Shown: positions 51,301-64,000 of the stretch, piece after piece
How the letters are laid out: the number at the start of each line of letters is the position of its first letter
How positions within the stretch are numbered: the stretch's first letter is position 1
Source: Sphyrna mokarran
Lineage: Eukaryota
Assembly: GCA_024679065.1 (NCBI GenBank)
Contig: JAGIQG010000009.1
Span: 51,584,001 to 51,648,000 of the forward strand
DNA length: 64,000 nucleotides
Direction: 5' to 3'
Notes under the pieces: generated by a model
Told to the model about the DNA's origin: nothing
The model's input: only the letters and a program-made list of their open reading frames with translations
Database searches by the model: none
Made by a program: the position numbers and the translations under genes

Positions 51301-53419
51301 ACAAAAATCATAAACCGCTCGAACCTCACGGTTGACCGCAGGATGACTCAAAACTTACAACTGCAGATAAGTACGAATCAGTAAAAGTTACAAACAACAA
51401 AGGGTCAGTGTTGGAATGAGCCCCTGTTATGTCTCGTCATTTCGGAATGGTTATATCAGCAGGTTCCTGAGGCGGACAGTGACTTTAGGAGTCGCCTTCG
51501 ACTTTCCCAGGGGTATCAGTTAAATATAGAACTCACGCTCGTATTTCACTAACCACCCGCCATTTGCTAGTTTTGTGTAAACGTAACTCATAACCAGGGT
51601 CACAACTGCCTAACATCTTGTAACGTTTATAGAAGCAAGAGACAAAACATTTTTAGATCAGTTTCAATTTCCTTGTAAAAGGATTACTGAGGGAGATTCA
51701 ATTTAGGGACAGGATTTGGTGTTATTAAGTTGCCCTTCAAGTGAAGTTGGGGAGGGAGAGTGGATATGTCTTTCATTGTGCCAAACGATTATCAAATATA
51801 TCTATGTGTTGAGACCACACCCCGACAAGCAAGACGGCTCGCTTCATTTGATGTATTTATACTGAGGTATAAATGTTTACACACAGTAAAATAATATTTA
51901 CAACCACAGAAAAAAAACTCGCGTCCAAGCAAATGTTACTTTCAAGTTGGACGGGGTCTGACATTTCGCAATACTCTTTAAGCACAGAGTGTGAAGTAAA
52001 TAAGGAAACTCAACACCGGGCAGCGACACTTGAAGCCGCGACACATAGATAAACAGTCAGGGGAGAAAGGCTGGTGATCTAAAATCAACCTCGTCGCTCG
52101 AGATCATTTACAAAGTATTAAAACCGAAAACGATCTGGGACGTTCTCCACCCAACCCCCTCCCAACTCTTCACTAGGTTTTAGACCAAGTTCTTGAAGCT
52201 CTGAACTGTCCCAGAGACTCGAATCTGTTTCCAAGAACTAAAAAGTTAAATGAATGTGGTGCATTTTATTTATTAGAGCTCGCAATACACAAAATGGGGA
52301 AAAAAAAGTTGCACCCGATGTATTCTCAATTTTCCCACAATAAAGTGCCAAATCAGGCCTGGTTAGATTCAGAATTGAGATAACTGGTGGGTTAGAACTT
52401 CCCGATTTATGTCAAGTGGGGTTGTTTAATATTAATTTGAATATTCGTTCGGACGGCTCCCAAACACGTCTGCCACTGGGGCACACAAGAAAATGACAAG
52501 ACTGAGAATGGAGTTCAATGTTCCCAGAACACCTGGAGTCTTCTCTTCAGTAGCGAAGCAGTAACCATCGCCTCTTCATTCCCATTCCCTTTTTTATAAC
52601 CGGCATGCATTATTACCCCTGTTGTCATCACTATTCCTGGAATTAAATTGTTCAGGTAACCTGCGAGACAATCGATGCCGGATTTCTGATGCATCATTGT
52701 GCCCTGTTTTTATTTCAACGAATATGTAAATGAGATCATTTTATTTTTTATAAGAGATCTGAATTTTCAAATCCAGATGCGGGTTCTTTTTAAATCTGCT
52801 CAAACAAACCTTTTGGACGATTTTAAAGCGTTTGGCTTTAGTAATTTGCTCAATTTCATATAAGCAGCATGAATTTCCCAAAAGAAAAAAGCGACTGTGT
52901 GCACACAGAAACATCAAATATATAATTTAGGACAAAGCATCACACTTGTTTGATACGACTACACCATACATATTTTTTAAATGGTGACATATTCTAAATA
53001 ATATATTTTGCTTCGCCACTAAAACGGAATTGAAACAGATTTGAGTCGAACCTATTTCAATTTGCTCTGGCGAACCCTTCTTCCATGAAGTTAAACAGTA
53101 GTTGCTGTCAGCTCGGATTTCACAACTAATGCCTTCAGCAAAATGTTTACTGATTAAATAGCTTTTAATTTTAAAAGAAAGCCGCAATGACCTCAATGGC
53201 GTCACTTCAGAGATTTTATTTCTGGTAATCTGCTGAGCTTGCCATGTTTTATATCTTTCTGAGGTTGCTATCCAATGACAGTGTATTTTAATATCCCAAA
53301 CTGAAACCTTAAACATTTAATATAATCACGACGGGAAAAAACCTCTAAATTTGCAAGGTCAAGAGCGTTTTTTTCTTTTTGCAAATGAACGAGGACAGAA
53401 ATATTTGCAATTTGTAAAA

Positions 53420-53425
53420 TTTATT
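53420..53425 (-). terminator. FOXD3 polyadenylation signal AATAAA (3'UTR ~490 nt)
   Basis: Minus-strand AATAAA at the end of an AU-rich region downstream of the stop codon. Confidence 0.6.
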
Positions 53426-53891
53426 TACAAAGTTGTTTAATTCCCATTGTACAACACGACGGTAGCGCTACATAGAATACATATATTTAATTCATATAAA
53501 GGGCTTTAAGCTTTTGCAGTCTTATACAATATTGACATTTTTTCTCCTGTTGTATTAATTCTTTAGAATGATTCAGTCTTCCTTAATATCTATACATGTT
53601 CGTCAATAAGCTACTGGCAATGAACCTTTCAAAAAGACATTAAGTGTGAAAGCCCAGAGCTCTATACTACAACTGTGAAACAGTCTAATTAAAAAATAAA
53701 ACTCAAATACTGTGAACCGAGGTTCTTTATACAAATATTTACAAACGTATTTACCTGTACAGAAAGCATTCCTTTTTTATATATAACATAGGATTTTAGT
53801 CAATATTTCGCAGTCAAGTTCAGTGCGACCCACTACCAGAGGAGAGAAAAAAAGGGATATGGTGAGTGAGCAGTTGGAAGTGGAGGAGGTA

Positions 53892-55025
53892 TTAAGATGG
53901 CCATTTGGTCACTGCGGCGGCCGAAGCTGCTGACTGTAAGAATTGTCCGGAGATTATGTTCGTGGGGACACTGAGGATGGGGGTAATCGCAGCTGTGCTT
54001 CTCGCTAAAGACAAGGGCTGAGGACTGATGAGCGCTGACTGCACGGTGACTGGCGGCCGCAGGAAAGTTTGTGAGCTGCCTGATGTGCTAGTCACCCCGA
54101 TGATATTCTCGATGCTGAAGGAAGGTCTGCTGGTGGGCTCCGTTTTCACGATGGACGTGGAGCTCAGACTGCTGAGTTGGAGCTGGATGCTGGGGCTGAG
54201 CTGCGAATTGAAAGCTTTCCTATTGAGTTCACTGGACGGGATAAGCGGGACGACCGGGGGTAGCATGGGACCCACAGGAGGGATGTAGGGATACTGGAGA
54301 GTTGAGGGATGAGGGTAGGTGGCGGGATGCAGCGCATAGGGCCGCCCGTAAGGACCGCTAAGGCTGTAAGCTCCAAAGCTCTGCATCATGAGGGCAGTCT
54401 GCTCCCTCAGATGGTCCGCAGGTTGCCTCTTGAACCTTTTCCTCCGACGAAGAAAGCTCCCATTGTCAAACATATCTTCAGATTGTGGATCTAGGGTCCA
54501 GTAGTTCCCTTTCCCCGGATTACCAGGCTCCCTGGGAATCTTCACAAAACAGTCATTAAGGGACAAGTTGTGCCTGATGGAGTTCTGCCAGGCGGGGAAT
54601 TTCTCCCTGTAGTAGGGAAAACGGTTACTGATGAACTCACAGATCCCACTAAGGGTTAACTTTTTCTGGGGACTTTGCAGGATAGACATGGTGATAAGAG
54701 CAATGTACGAATAAGGTGGTTTCACCAGACTGTTCTTGGGTTTTGAGGCGGCGTTGCCGCTCGAAGAACCACTTTCCTGAGTTTCAGATTTCGTTACTTC
54801 TCCCTCCGAGGAAGGCTGGCAGAGAGCGGATGGGCTCTCCGCAATCTCCCTGGCCCCGATCTCCTCCACCTCCTCTGCCTGATCGTGGGTGGCGTGGCTC
54901 TCAGAGTCGCTGTCCTTTCCCATGTTCTCGTCTCCTTCTCCCACCACATCAATATCGACATCCTCGGCTGTGAGGACCGTATGCCCTGACATATCGCTCG
55001 CACTGCCGTTGCCTGACAGGGTCAT
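53892..55025 (-). CDS. FOXD3: Forkhead box protein D3, single coding exon, 377 aa
   Basis: ORF from ATG 55025 ([31 protein letters not shown], the typical FoxD3 N-terminus) to TAA 53892; forkhead domain [80 protein letters not shown] (~54430-54725); eh1 motif FSIENII (~54099-54119); adjacent to ALG6 as in other vertebrates. Confidence 0.97.
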   Translation of the reverse strand: MTLSGNGSASDMSGHTVLTAEDVDIDVVGEGDENMGKDSDSESHATHDQAEEVEEIGAREIAESPSALCQPSSEGEVTKSETQESGSSSGNAASKPKNSLVKPPYSYIALITMSILQSPQKKLTLSGICEFISNRFPYYREKFPAWQNSIRHNLSLNDCFVKIPREPGNPGKGNYWTLDPQSEDMFDNGSFLRRRKRFKRQPADHLREQTALMMQSFGAYSLSGPYGRPYALHPATYPHPSTLQYPYIPPVGPMLPPVVPLIPSSELNRKAFNSQLSPSIQLQLSSLSSTSIVKTEPTSRPSFSIENIIGVTSTSGSSQTFLRPPVTVQSALISPQPLSLARSTAAITPILSVPTNIISGQFLQSAASAAAVTKWPS

Positions 55026-55319
55026 CACGCTTTCCCTTTTACAAATCAGCAAAAAAAAAGGTGAGAACTCGGCTTCTTTTCTGGTGAAACTTCTCTCTCT
55101 CTCTCTAGTCCCTCTCCTGTCTCTCGTCTCTCTCTCACACACACTGTCTCAGCTGGCAGTCTCTTGCAGATCAGATGACAACGCTTTTTTTAATACAGGT
55201 CAAAGGGCTGTCAATAATAGTTACCTTTAACTTTTTGACAGCCTATTTCAACTTGCACATTGCAACTTATTCACTTTTTCCTGTATTTCCTCTCAATGTT
55301 TTTTTTTAAAAAAACGCTT

Positions 55320-55830
55320 TCAGACACGCAGCTCTTTAGCTTTTTATGCCTCCTTTATATATATAAAAAGACTGTCTGAAGATTGTTTCAGTTAAAGATA
55401 TACTCTCAGCTTTGTCACGTGAGGGACTAACGTCAGACTTCCCTCTGTTAAGCCATGCAAAACTCGAGTTATTTCATGTAATCGTCAACATAGATCCGGC
55501 CAAGACAACAGTAGCAGCACTCATTCCTACAAGCACCATTTCATCAAGATGCTCAAAACATTCTTTGTCAATAAACTTAGTAGCAGAACAGAGCAAGAAG
55601 AGGCCTCAAATTATTTAATTGGGAGCATTTTTTACAGTTGCACTTTTTTGGCCAAATGCACAACCATGTTAGGATGTTTGTTTATTAATTTTCCATTATT
55701 TCAAGGGCAGTTCCCCCTCCCAATCAGACTATGAAGAGAACTATTTTGATTAGTTATTAAAACAGCCATATTAATGAACGTGACACTATTTAGTTTAGTA
55801 AATGTTGTGTAGATTGGCGTGACATTTGCT
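55320..55830 (-). promoter_or_regulatory. FOXD3 proximal promoter
   Basis: TATA element TATATATAAAGG at ~55352-55366 on the minus strand, E-box GTCACGTG ~55414-55421, CRE-like TGACGTTA ~55428-55435, CCAAT boxes ~55720 and ~55813, Fox site GGATGTTTGTTT 55672-55683. Confidence 0.6.
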
Positions 55831-57299
55831 TTCTTTAGGAAGACAATGATCACTTTAATTTTCTTACCATTGTCTTTTTTGACTTCACACTGACTTACAG
55901 TCAGTTATCAGGATCTAAGCGACATTTTTTGTTAGAATGGCAATTTATAACTATATTGAATCGGTTGCCGCAAATACAGCAAAACGGCTATTGATTAATC
56001 TGTTAGATTTAGAAAAGAAGGAACAAAAGTCGGTGTGTATGGGGGGAGGAGGAGAGCAGAAAGATATGTGATAACAAAAGGGTAGCTACAAATAAAGAAC
56101 TTTGAACCAGGATGTGCAGAGGTGTTAACGAGCTAATCATCCCGATGTGTTAGCATATGAAAAACTAGGAAATGGGAGAGAGTGGGTGAATGGGAACGAG
56201 TCATTCACAGCACTGAAGGTAAGTGTTTGTCTCAATCCTGTTCTCAGGAAAGACGATTTTTGAACCTGCAGCGTCGAAACTACTTTCCCAAATAAGTTTA
56301 CCAGGAACTGACAACCGTCCTTTAAACAAAAGGCTAATTTCAAGGCAATAATTCCTTCCTCAAAAACAACGCCTCGATGAAAATCTAGTGTCTTGCTCTT
56401 TTTTTGGAAACACTGAAGTTTTCGCCTGTGAATATTAGGTTTAGTTTATGCTTTTTTTGTTTTGATCTGAGGTTAAAATCGAATTGATTTGTTTCCCAAT
56501 TCCTCCTACTCAAATCAAAATATCTTTAAGTGACAAAAGAATCAATTATTCTTTCCACCCTCCTATTAAGACTAACAAAACCATGTGAATGGGTTTACGA
56601 CATGTTTTCGATGGGAGGAATGAATAACCATTTAAACCTGACAGGGTTTCCCTGTGACAGAAAATGATATTATAAAACCATGAGCGATTTCCCCACAGAT
56701 CAAGCAACTGATTGTCTCCATTTTAAAGGTGCATTTTTCCGGCAATAGAATTTCACTTCGTTTTTGACACGGTTACTATTCTGTGTTACAATTTTATTTT
56801 ACTCAAAGCGGGTTCCTGAACTGTCAACGTTGCGGCGTTTCAGTGCAAACGAAACGATAACATTTTGTAACGGCATCTGCCCTTATTTCTGGAGAAATTA
56901 GATACTATTTGCTTCAATTAATAAACTGCAATTAAGATGTATAGCTTAGTGTGTTTTTAACAAGTGCCGAATCCAAGTGAATTAAGATATGTTAAACAAT
57001 GATTGAGGACAGGAAAGATTGAACCAAGCCTGGGGGGTGGTGGGGGCGAGAGGTGCGGAGTGGGGGGGGGGTGGTGGACTTTGATTGTGTGCTTATAAAC
57101 TGGCTCTAAGTGACTGTTTGTTGGTTGCTGTTTCCATTTGTATAAGTGCGGGTGAGCATCTCCGTTTACAAACCACTTTGTTTTCTCGTTTGTTTACTTC
57201 TTCGAGGTCTGACTGCCGCAATCAAAACTTTTTTAAAAAAAGACAATAAATGATTCAAACAAACTGATTTTCGCCAATAAGACAAACAAGTCTCCTGGA

Positions 57300-57315
57300 T
57301 GTGTGTGTGTGTGTG
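57300..57315. repeat. (GT)n microsatellite
   Basis: tgtgtgtgtgtgtgtg visible. Confidence 0.85.
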
Positions 57316-60300
57316 ATATAAACATTTCCCGTTCTTATTCGTTATAATGATACAATCAACTTTCTATGGCACATCTGACCAAAATCGTGCACGTTCGGCT
57401 GCTGAAAACGATGGGCTTTTAACTGTTGAGGCAGAATACTGATTTTAGTGTAATCAGGGAGCAGGAGAGGTTACTGTAACAGGGGGTTCTATAATCACTC
57501 TTTAAACAGGCTACGTTGGTAGGCTAACCATCTTTGCCAACTGCAATTCGCCACACAAAGTGTCATTTTTTTTCATGTTTCTTTCTCTGTATGCCGTCTT
57601 CCTGTTTGAATGTGGGGTTCAAAAAAGTTCCACAATAAAACGAAGACAGTGCCTTTGTCTGATTTTCAGATGAATTAAATGTTCCCAGAGCCTGGAATGC
57701 AGCTGCAAAATAAGATAGTGATTTCATTTCTGAGTACTATTTGATTTTTTTTTGAAAGACTCTTATATGCGACCATCTGCGCAGTAGCTTTCAATTGCGA
57801 TCATCCTCCTGGTCGGAAGAACATGGTTAAGAGCGAGTATAAAATGCCGTCTTTGTTCCAAAAACATCATCCTATTTATTTCTGATGATCTTCTTAACTC
57901 TCAGTGGAGTTGGGCGGGGAATTTAAGAAAAACAACCACAGATCGCAGGTCCCTTTGATGCGTATTTCTTAAACACAATAAAAGTCAAATTAATTAAATC
58001 ATACCATTAATTATGACCCTTAGCGTGAAAAGGATTGTTTCCCCTCGATTAGGGATGTATTGTGCTAATCCCCGTGTTGACACAGAGAACTGTCTGTTCT
58101 ACAATCATTTCTATAGAAAGCCTTTCTAGGCCAATTTAGCAAATCTTAATTAGACATGTTTAGAGTGAAATAGTGATTTGGATATCAGAGCCGTTCTTTC
58201 AATTCTACTCTGTCATTTCAAGAAATAACCCGGAATTTTAGAATGACATGACCCAAGTTAGCACCAAAGACACACGTGGATTGAAACCACCGCGCCAATT
58301 CTCATTTGCGAAACGAAGCGGCAAAACCGATGAACTTTAAGCGTCAACTTACCCCCACATCCGCCCCCCCCCCAGCCCATCCACCTCACCCCCACCGCCA
58401 TCCCCAGAAAGTTGGACCCGGCAAATAATAAATAAGATGCGCTCTTTTCCTTTCCAGCTCGCAACGACCTGATTTCGATTTCAGAGCGAACATAATCTTA
58501 TTTAATTTCAGGTCGCTAATGAGAAGCAGCAAAGCTCTGAGTGGAGCTGGGCGTCACAGATCCCTTTTAAAATAATAACAGGATCGTGAGCATATCTTCC
58601 TAATAGGAACCGGCACCTAATCCAGTCAAGATGGTGTAGAGAGATGGAAGAAGGGGCAGAAGAAAGGAATGAAGAGCGATATGAAAAGCCTATATCCATA
58701 TATAAAAAAGGAATGCAAACAAAAACGTCGGGAAATTTTAAAAAGGGAGCTCATATAAATTAACGGGAAATAATATGCGCCATATGAACGGAAGGAATAT
58801 TATTATTGCAGTAATTTATTTTCGCTCCCCCCACCCCCCACAATACGCTGTCTTTTGAAATTGAACTAAAATACACTTGTCCGCCTTTTACTAATACCCC
58901 AGTTAAATCGAGCCAAGATTTGGACCCATCTGACGGGATTGCGATCAGATGTCAGTCGAACACGGCATCCCTAAGGCTGTGGTTGTCAAGGTCTAATCGC
59001 TTTACACACAACACGGGAATGGTATCAAAGACGTCCTATTTCCACCTTAAACCCTATTAGCCTCTCCCGGTGAATTATGTAAAATTTCGACCTTGCACTT
59101 GGATTATTAAAGGAGAAATCCCATTATGCTGCACGCGGCAGCAAGAGGGGAGGTGAGTTGAAGGGAAATATTCTTCCAGCCTTCAACGTGTGGCCTGCTA
59201 GCAAACTTCGACTACACAACAAGGTGCAATACCGACGAACAAAATGTATTTTGCGTTCAGGTGATGGGATTACAGCCCGTCAATCAACTATTGGAAATAT
59301 TAACGGTGCTAATATTACCCACACAAACAGCTGGGAAAGAGCAGAGTCTTACCTGTGGCATTCTCCTCTCACACTCCTCGCATTTCCAGTAAAATCAATA
59401 CATTTACTAGCCGTCTAACTGAAACCAGTAACAGCATCAAAGCTTTTTGCCAACTGTCTGGATCACAATAATCCCCCGTCCTATTAATATCACTTTCACT
59501 CATTTTTCGACACTGTTCAGAGAGCGGTGGCAAATTTAATTGGCTTCTTTAAAAATTACAATATATATACAATATAAACACCAAATTCCAGCTAACAGGA
59601 GGTGTTTTATTGCAATTTTTCACGACATGTTGGGATAAATTGATTCAAGTATCTTGGCAACAATATTGCAGAACGCTATCTTTATTATTTATCTCTTTCT
59701 CAAGGCAGTAAAATTGCTTGCATTTATTTAAATCTCCAATTAACTATAATAAGACGAGGGAAATGGCAAAACAGAATATTTCATCTATATGTACGCTGTA
59801 ACTTAACCAATTAAGACGATAAAGGGGAGGGGGCAAAAACTACGGATGATAATGGATAGGAAAAAGTAAGTAGGATAACTCCAATTTATACAAATCAAAC
59901 AGTGCTTAATAAAAAGGCAACTCGTTTAATTAAAGGTTCAAAGAATTCGGATCCAGCATTTGGACAGCGTTTAGAATGCGAATGAAATTCGTGATGAATT
60001 AATGGCATTGTTGGCGTGCTCTTAATTATAGTTATTATGTTAATTATTTTACATTAGCATGAAGTTATCAGCATGTCAGGTTTAATCAAAATGCAGCGTT
60101 CTGCAGAAAACTGTTCTTTTATTCTGCGATGAGAAAATCTACACCATGCGGGTTTATTGTTTAAAGGTATAAAAAATGACTTTTTATTGAAAGAAATGTT
60201 TAATTTGGTTTCGTACGGTCTGATCACATGTAGCCCGCAGGCTCCAGCTCCTAAAAGGGCTGGATTCGCTATTATCACCCCCTTTAGGAACCTACTCCAT

Positions 60301-63300
60301 CAACGTGTAACTCTCTGTCAAACAACATGAAGTTGCTCATTTTTATCTGTTGATATTTTTTTGCAAATCCGACGGCGGGCAGCCCTGCTTTCACAAGCAG
60401 GGAGAGGTGGTCGGAACAAAAGAGATATTCAATGGCACTGTCAGTGTGTTCTCAAGGTTTGCTCACAAAGCGTCAGGGCGAATTTTAATATCCAGACATG
60501 ACTCCTGTATTGAGCACCTATAATTAAGAGGGGGGAAAATATCGACAAAGGTAAAGCAATTTATAATTTAAAAAAAGTCTAAATACCATTGCTGCAGTCA
60601 CTCACACGTTTACACACTCAGATCAGTTTTTGTATACTAATAGACCTTGGTCCATCGTTTTAATGGCATCGAAATCCATGTTACCTCTCCCGCAGTACCT
60701 GTCGACATTTACGATTTTAACCAGCAAAGTGTATCATAATCAATATAAAATATAAAATGGCCACTCGTTTAAATTGTACACTACCTTCACGCGGATTCCC
60801 AGTATGTGATCATTTAGTTTTATTTGTTGCTAACTTGCCACCGTATGAACTCCGGAGGTGTCAGTGAGTAAGAGACGAGAGATCAGTGAAGGCGGCCAGA
60901 CCTCCAGAAAAGGGTTCACCACTGAGACCTGACACAAGCAGAATTAACCGATATTGCCGAGATTGGAAGCCGAGAAAATAGCGATCACATTCTACAGCTT
61001 GTACTGTGGAGATCCTTATTTTAAGATTTTTTTTTGCCAGTTACTTCTCCAATTGTAGCTTGTATCTTTGATTTTTTTTGCACCTTGGCAGTGAAGTCCC
61101 AAGTTCAAATTGTTCTTTGCACTAAAATTCAACCCTGCGGATTACACCTGCTCTTCAACTTTTTTTCCTGGAGTTTATTATGAGTTGTCTTCCTTGAGTT
61201 TGAAAAATACATTTTCTCCCATTTAAAATAACATTTCTCTGATCATCTGAAAACCAGATGAAAGTCATCGCTTTATTTGACAATTACTTCTTCTTAATAA
61301 GGGGAATTAACAGATTTTTTAGGGGGAGGGGGAGGTGATGGTGGAGTGTGGCACTTTTCCTGTTCACTTTTTATCTATGAACTGTTTTATTGCAGTGTAA
61401 GATGGCTCAGTGGAAATTGAAACATTTTATCTCAAAATACATCAAACTTTTTTTTTGAATGGACGGTTCTCACCTACAAATACACGGGCTCGGTATAAAG
61501 CTTATGTGTGAAGTTTCAAGAAAGGCGGAAGGAAATGCCTTGTTTCTGACAATGCCAATTTCATTAAAATATACATGATGCGAACTAAAGGTTCACTTTC
61601 GGTCAGCAATACTGATGAAATAGTAAAGAGAGCACATTGGAAACTACTCGCATCTCGCCGATGTATTTGCAGTCTGGTGTATCATTGTCCATATGTTTCC
61701 CGCATATATTATGGTAATTTTATGTTCTTTTTCTTCTTAGACATTTTGTTGTAGCTGAAGTTAAGACACGTTCACGGAAATATTGACGGGAACTTTGTAT
61801 GTACGTGCATGTGTGTGTTTTTTTAGCTCTGCCTCCCTGGACTGCCGAAAGAGTAGAAATCAAAGGCGAGATCATCATTGGGTCAAGAGGCCCCAGGAAC
61901 AGCAGAGTGATCGAACCCGCTTTGAACCAATGGTCCGGTTTTATTGACTGGTTCTGGCAGGATTCCGAGATGGCGAGGAGTTCCACTGTCCAGTCTCGCC
62001 GCTGTCTCTCCAGGCACACAGAGCACCTGCGCATCGGCTACATTACTGCACTCGGCCACCTCTTATTGCCGGTGAAGTTTCCAACTTCCCAATAACACAA
62101 GAAATGATGTCTTTCATGACAGCTATTTCAGAAATGTGAACTAATTCAGAAGTTCCACCGTCCTCAGCGAAGGCACTTTCTAAATGCAGCTCTGTACTTG
62201 TTCACGCAACTCCACTTGGACTCAGTGCTGATACTTCTCCATGTCTTGAGCGACCCACTTATCCCATACCTTTGTCTTTCCGTTTTATGTGAATCAAACA
62301 AGTTACAATAAGAGATCTTTTCGCCTATAGGGAAATATTCATCCAAAGGACAGATCTGATCTTAAAAAAACAGCGGAGTGCATTGTATTCGCTTTTGTCT
62401 ATCGTGTAGATTCGTTTTTAACATGTGACCGGTATGTTTATTGTTTAAACAATGTGTATGTAGCCAAAACTGATTTAAATATATTTTGAAGCAGCTCTAT
62501 AATACTGCATAAAAAGTGACGGACCTGTTCTAGATGGTATGGCATGCAACAATGTCATTACAAAGTCCGGGGACAGGATGCCATTCACTGACACGGTGAG
62601 ACTGAGAAATCTACTTCTGTGCCATGACTTTTGATTTTCTGCACCATCCAAGGCATAACAGCGGGTAGATAATCATGTCACTTCTTATCTTTGTGAATCC
62701 ACCGCCCTTCTGTAATTTTCAGGTATTTTAAACCCAATCTTGACATTAGAGAACAATGCTCTTTCATTTAACTTTTCTGCTGTTTGTTTTAAATTTATTG
62801 CTTACCTTCAGCACACAGACTGCAAGAAGGTGGCTCAACACCATTTGGGTGGACCATATAAGCTGCTCTTGCCATCAATGCCTACATTACATATACAAAT
62901 AAAATATTAGTGTGCTGCATGAAGAATTCTGGTCCTACATACACGTAGATGTCCACAAAAAAATAAATGGCTTATACCATCTTGTGTGTCAATATATAGA
63001 GAGGGAATAAGTGTAACAAGTATGCTTTTCGAGTCATAATGCAGTCATTGGTTTCAATGAAGAATACACATGTACATAGAATCAACTGAAGTGTCAGGGG
63101 CAGAAATTTGACTCACATCAATGTTTAAGTAGAAGATCTAGTTTGACACTTCAGTCCAGCACTGAGTCACTGCATTACCCAAGCTAGCTTTTGGATGGAA
63201 GGTTAAACCAAGACTTCATCTGTCTCTTCAGGTGATTCCGGTGAATATTAAAGATCACTTGGTGGTACAGAACTTGAGTATTGCTGAAAGAAAAAGAGAC

Positions 63301-63527
63301 AGGCTGTTGAATTTTTTGTCTTGCACTCATTAGAACAGATTGAAGAGTGCCAAAATTCAAATGGAACAACAATATATACTGCACGATAAAAGGGATGCTG
63401 ACTGGTTGGCCAGTTAACTTTTGATTAGTTGAGGCATTGCCATGGGAAATGCATCAGAGAATTATGTAGCTTACTTATATTTTCTAGAAGCTGCATATAA
63501 TCATATACTGGGATCTGCAGGCAAAAA

Positions 63528-63836
63528 GGGCAGCTTTGTGGCACAGTTGTTAGCAATGTTGCCTCGCAGCACCAGGGATTAAAGTTCAATTCCTGCCTTG
63601 GGTCACTGTCTGTGTGGAGTTTGCACATTCTCCCATGTCTCCATGGATTTCCTGCGGATGTGCCAGTTTTCTCCCACACTCCAGTTATGTACAGGTTAAG
63701 TTGATTGGCCATGCAAAATTGTCCCTTCGTGTCAGGGGAATTAACAGGGATAGAGCCTGGGTGGGATTGTTGTCAATGCAGGCTTGATGGGCCAAATGGC
63801 CTCCTTCTGCATCGTAGGGATTCTAAGATTCTAAGA
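63528..63836 (+). mobile_element. HE1-like SINE, CR1-type tail
   Basis: gtggcacagttgttagc head; tail gggccaaatggcctccttctgcatcgtagggattctaagattcta. Confidence 0.85.
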
Positions 63837-64000
63837 ATATGTCAAGGCATTGCACTTTGTTTGAATTAAACAAATTCATAGTGGAATAATGGTTCCAACT
63901 GCATTCATTATGGCAACAACTTTACCAACCAAAGTTGACTTGCCAACAAATTAGTATTCTTTTCTCATGCAGTAAAAATTATTCCTCCTTTGAAATATGG

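Noticed and set aside
55026-55142. 39-aa N-terminal extension of FOXD3 in the ORF track (416 aa)
   Set aside because: It starts at GTG and runs through a GA repeat; homology begins at the ATG at 55025.
54028-55230. Overlapping plus-strand and alternative-frame ORFs across FOXD3
   Set aside because: Shadow ORFs of a GC-richer coding sequence; no recognisable motifs.
61720-62095. 98-104 aa ORFs upstream of FOXD3 as protein-coding genes
   Set aside because: No recognisable domain or multi-exon structure; kept only as part of a lncRNA hypothesis.

Overview
Vertebrate (very likely elasmobranch/shark, inferred from HE1-like and SacSINE/Deu-like SINEs and CR1/Rex1 LINEs) genomic DNA carrying two minus-strand genes in the conserved FOXD3-ALG6 arrangement. 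FOXD3 is a single coding exon (55025->53892, 377 aa, forkhead + eh1). ALG6 (dolichyl-P-Glc alpha-1,3-glucosyltransferase) has 13 coding exons from 48219 down to 963; its last exon lies beyond the window start. Exon lengths match my recollection of human ALG6 except for one exon that is a codon shorter. One ALG6 intron (33810-34775) is a clear U12-type AT-AC minor-spliceosome intron. The ALG6 introns are packed with retroelements, including a four-level nested insertion (CR1 > solo LTR > unidentified ~1.8 kb element with a diverged internal duplication > SINE tail), two young near-identical CR1 copies flanking the U12 intron, and a ~345 bp inverted duplication. In contrast, ~15 kb around FOXD3 is free of recognisable transposons and CpG-rich. 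I see no firm evidence of a wholly new biological system. The best leads are the unidentified nested element and a SINE family that appears to have swapped between CR1-type and Rex1-type 3' tails. Repeat boundaries are approximate, and family names and human comparisons are from memory, not from database searches.
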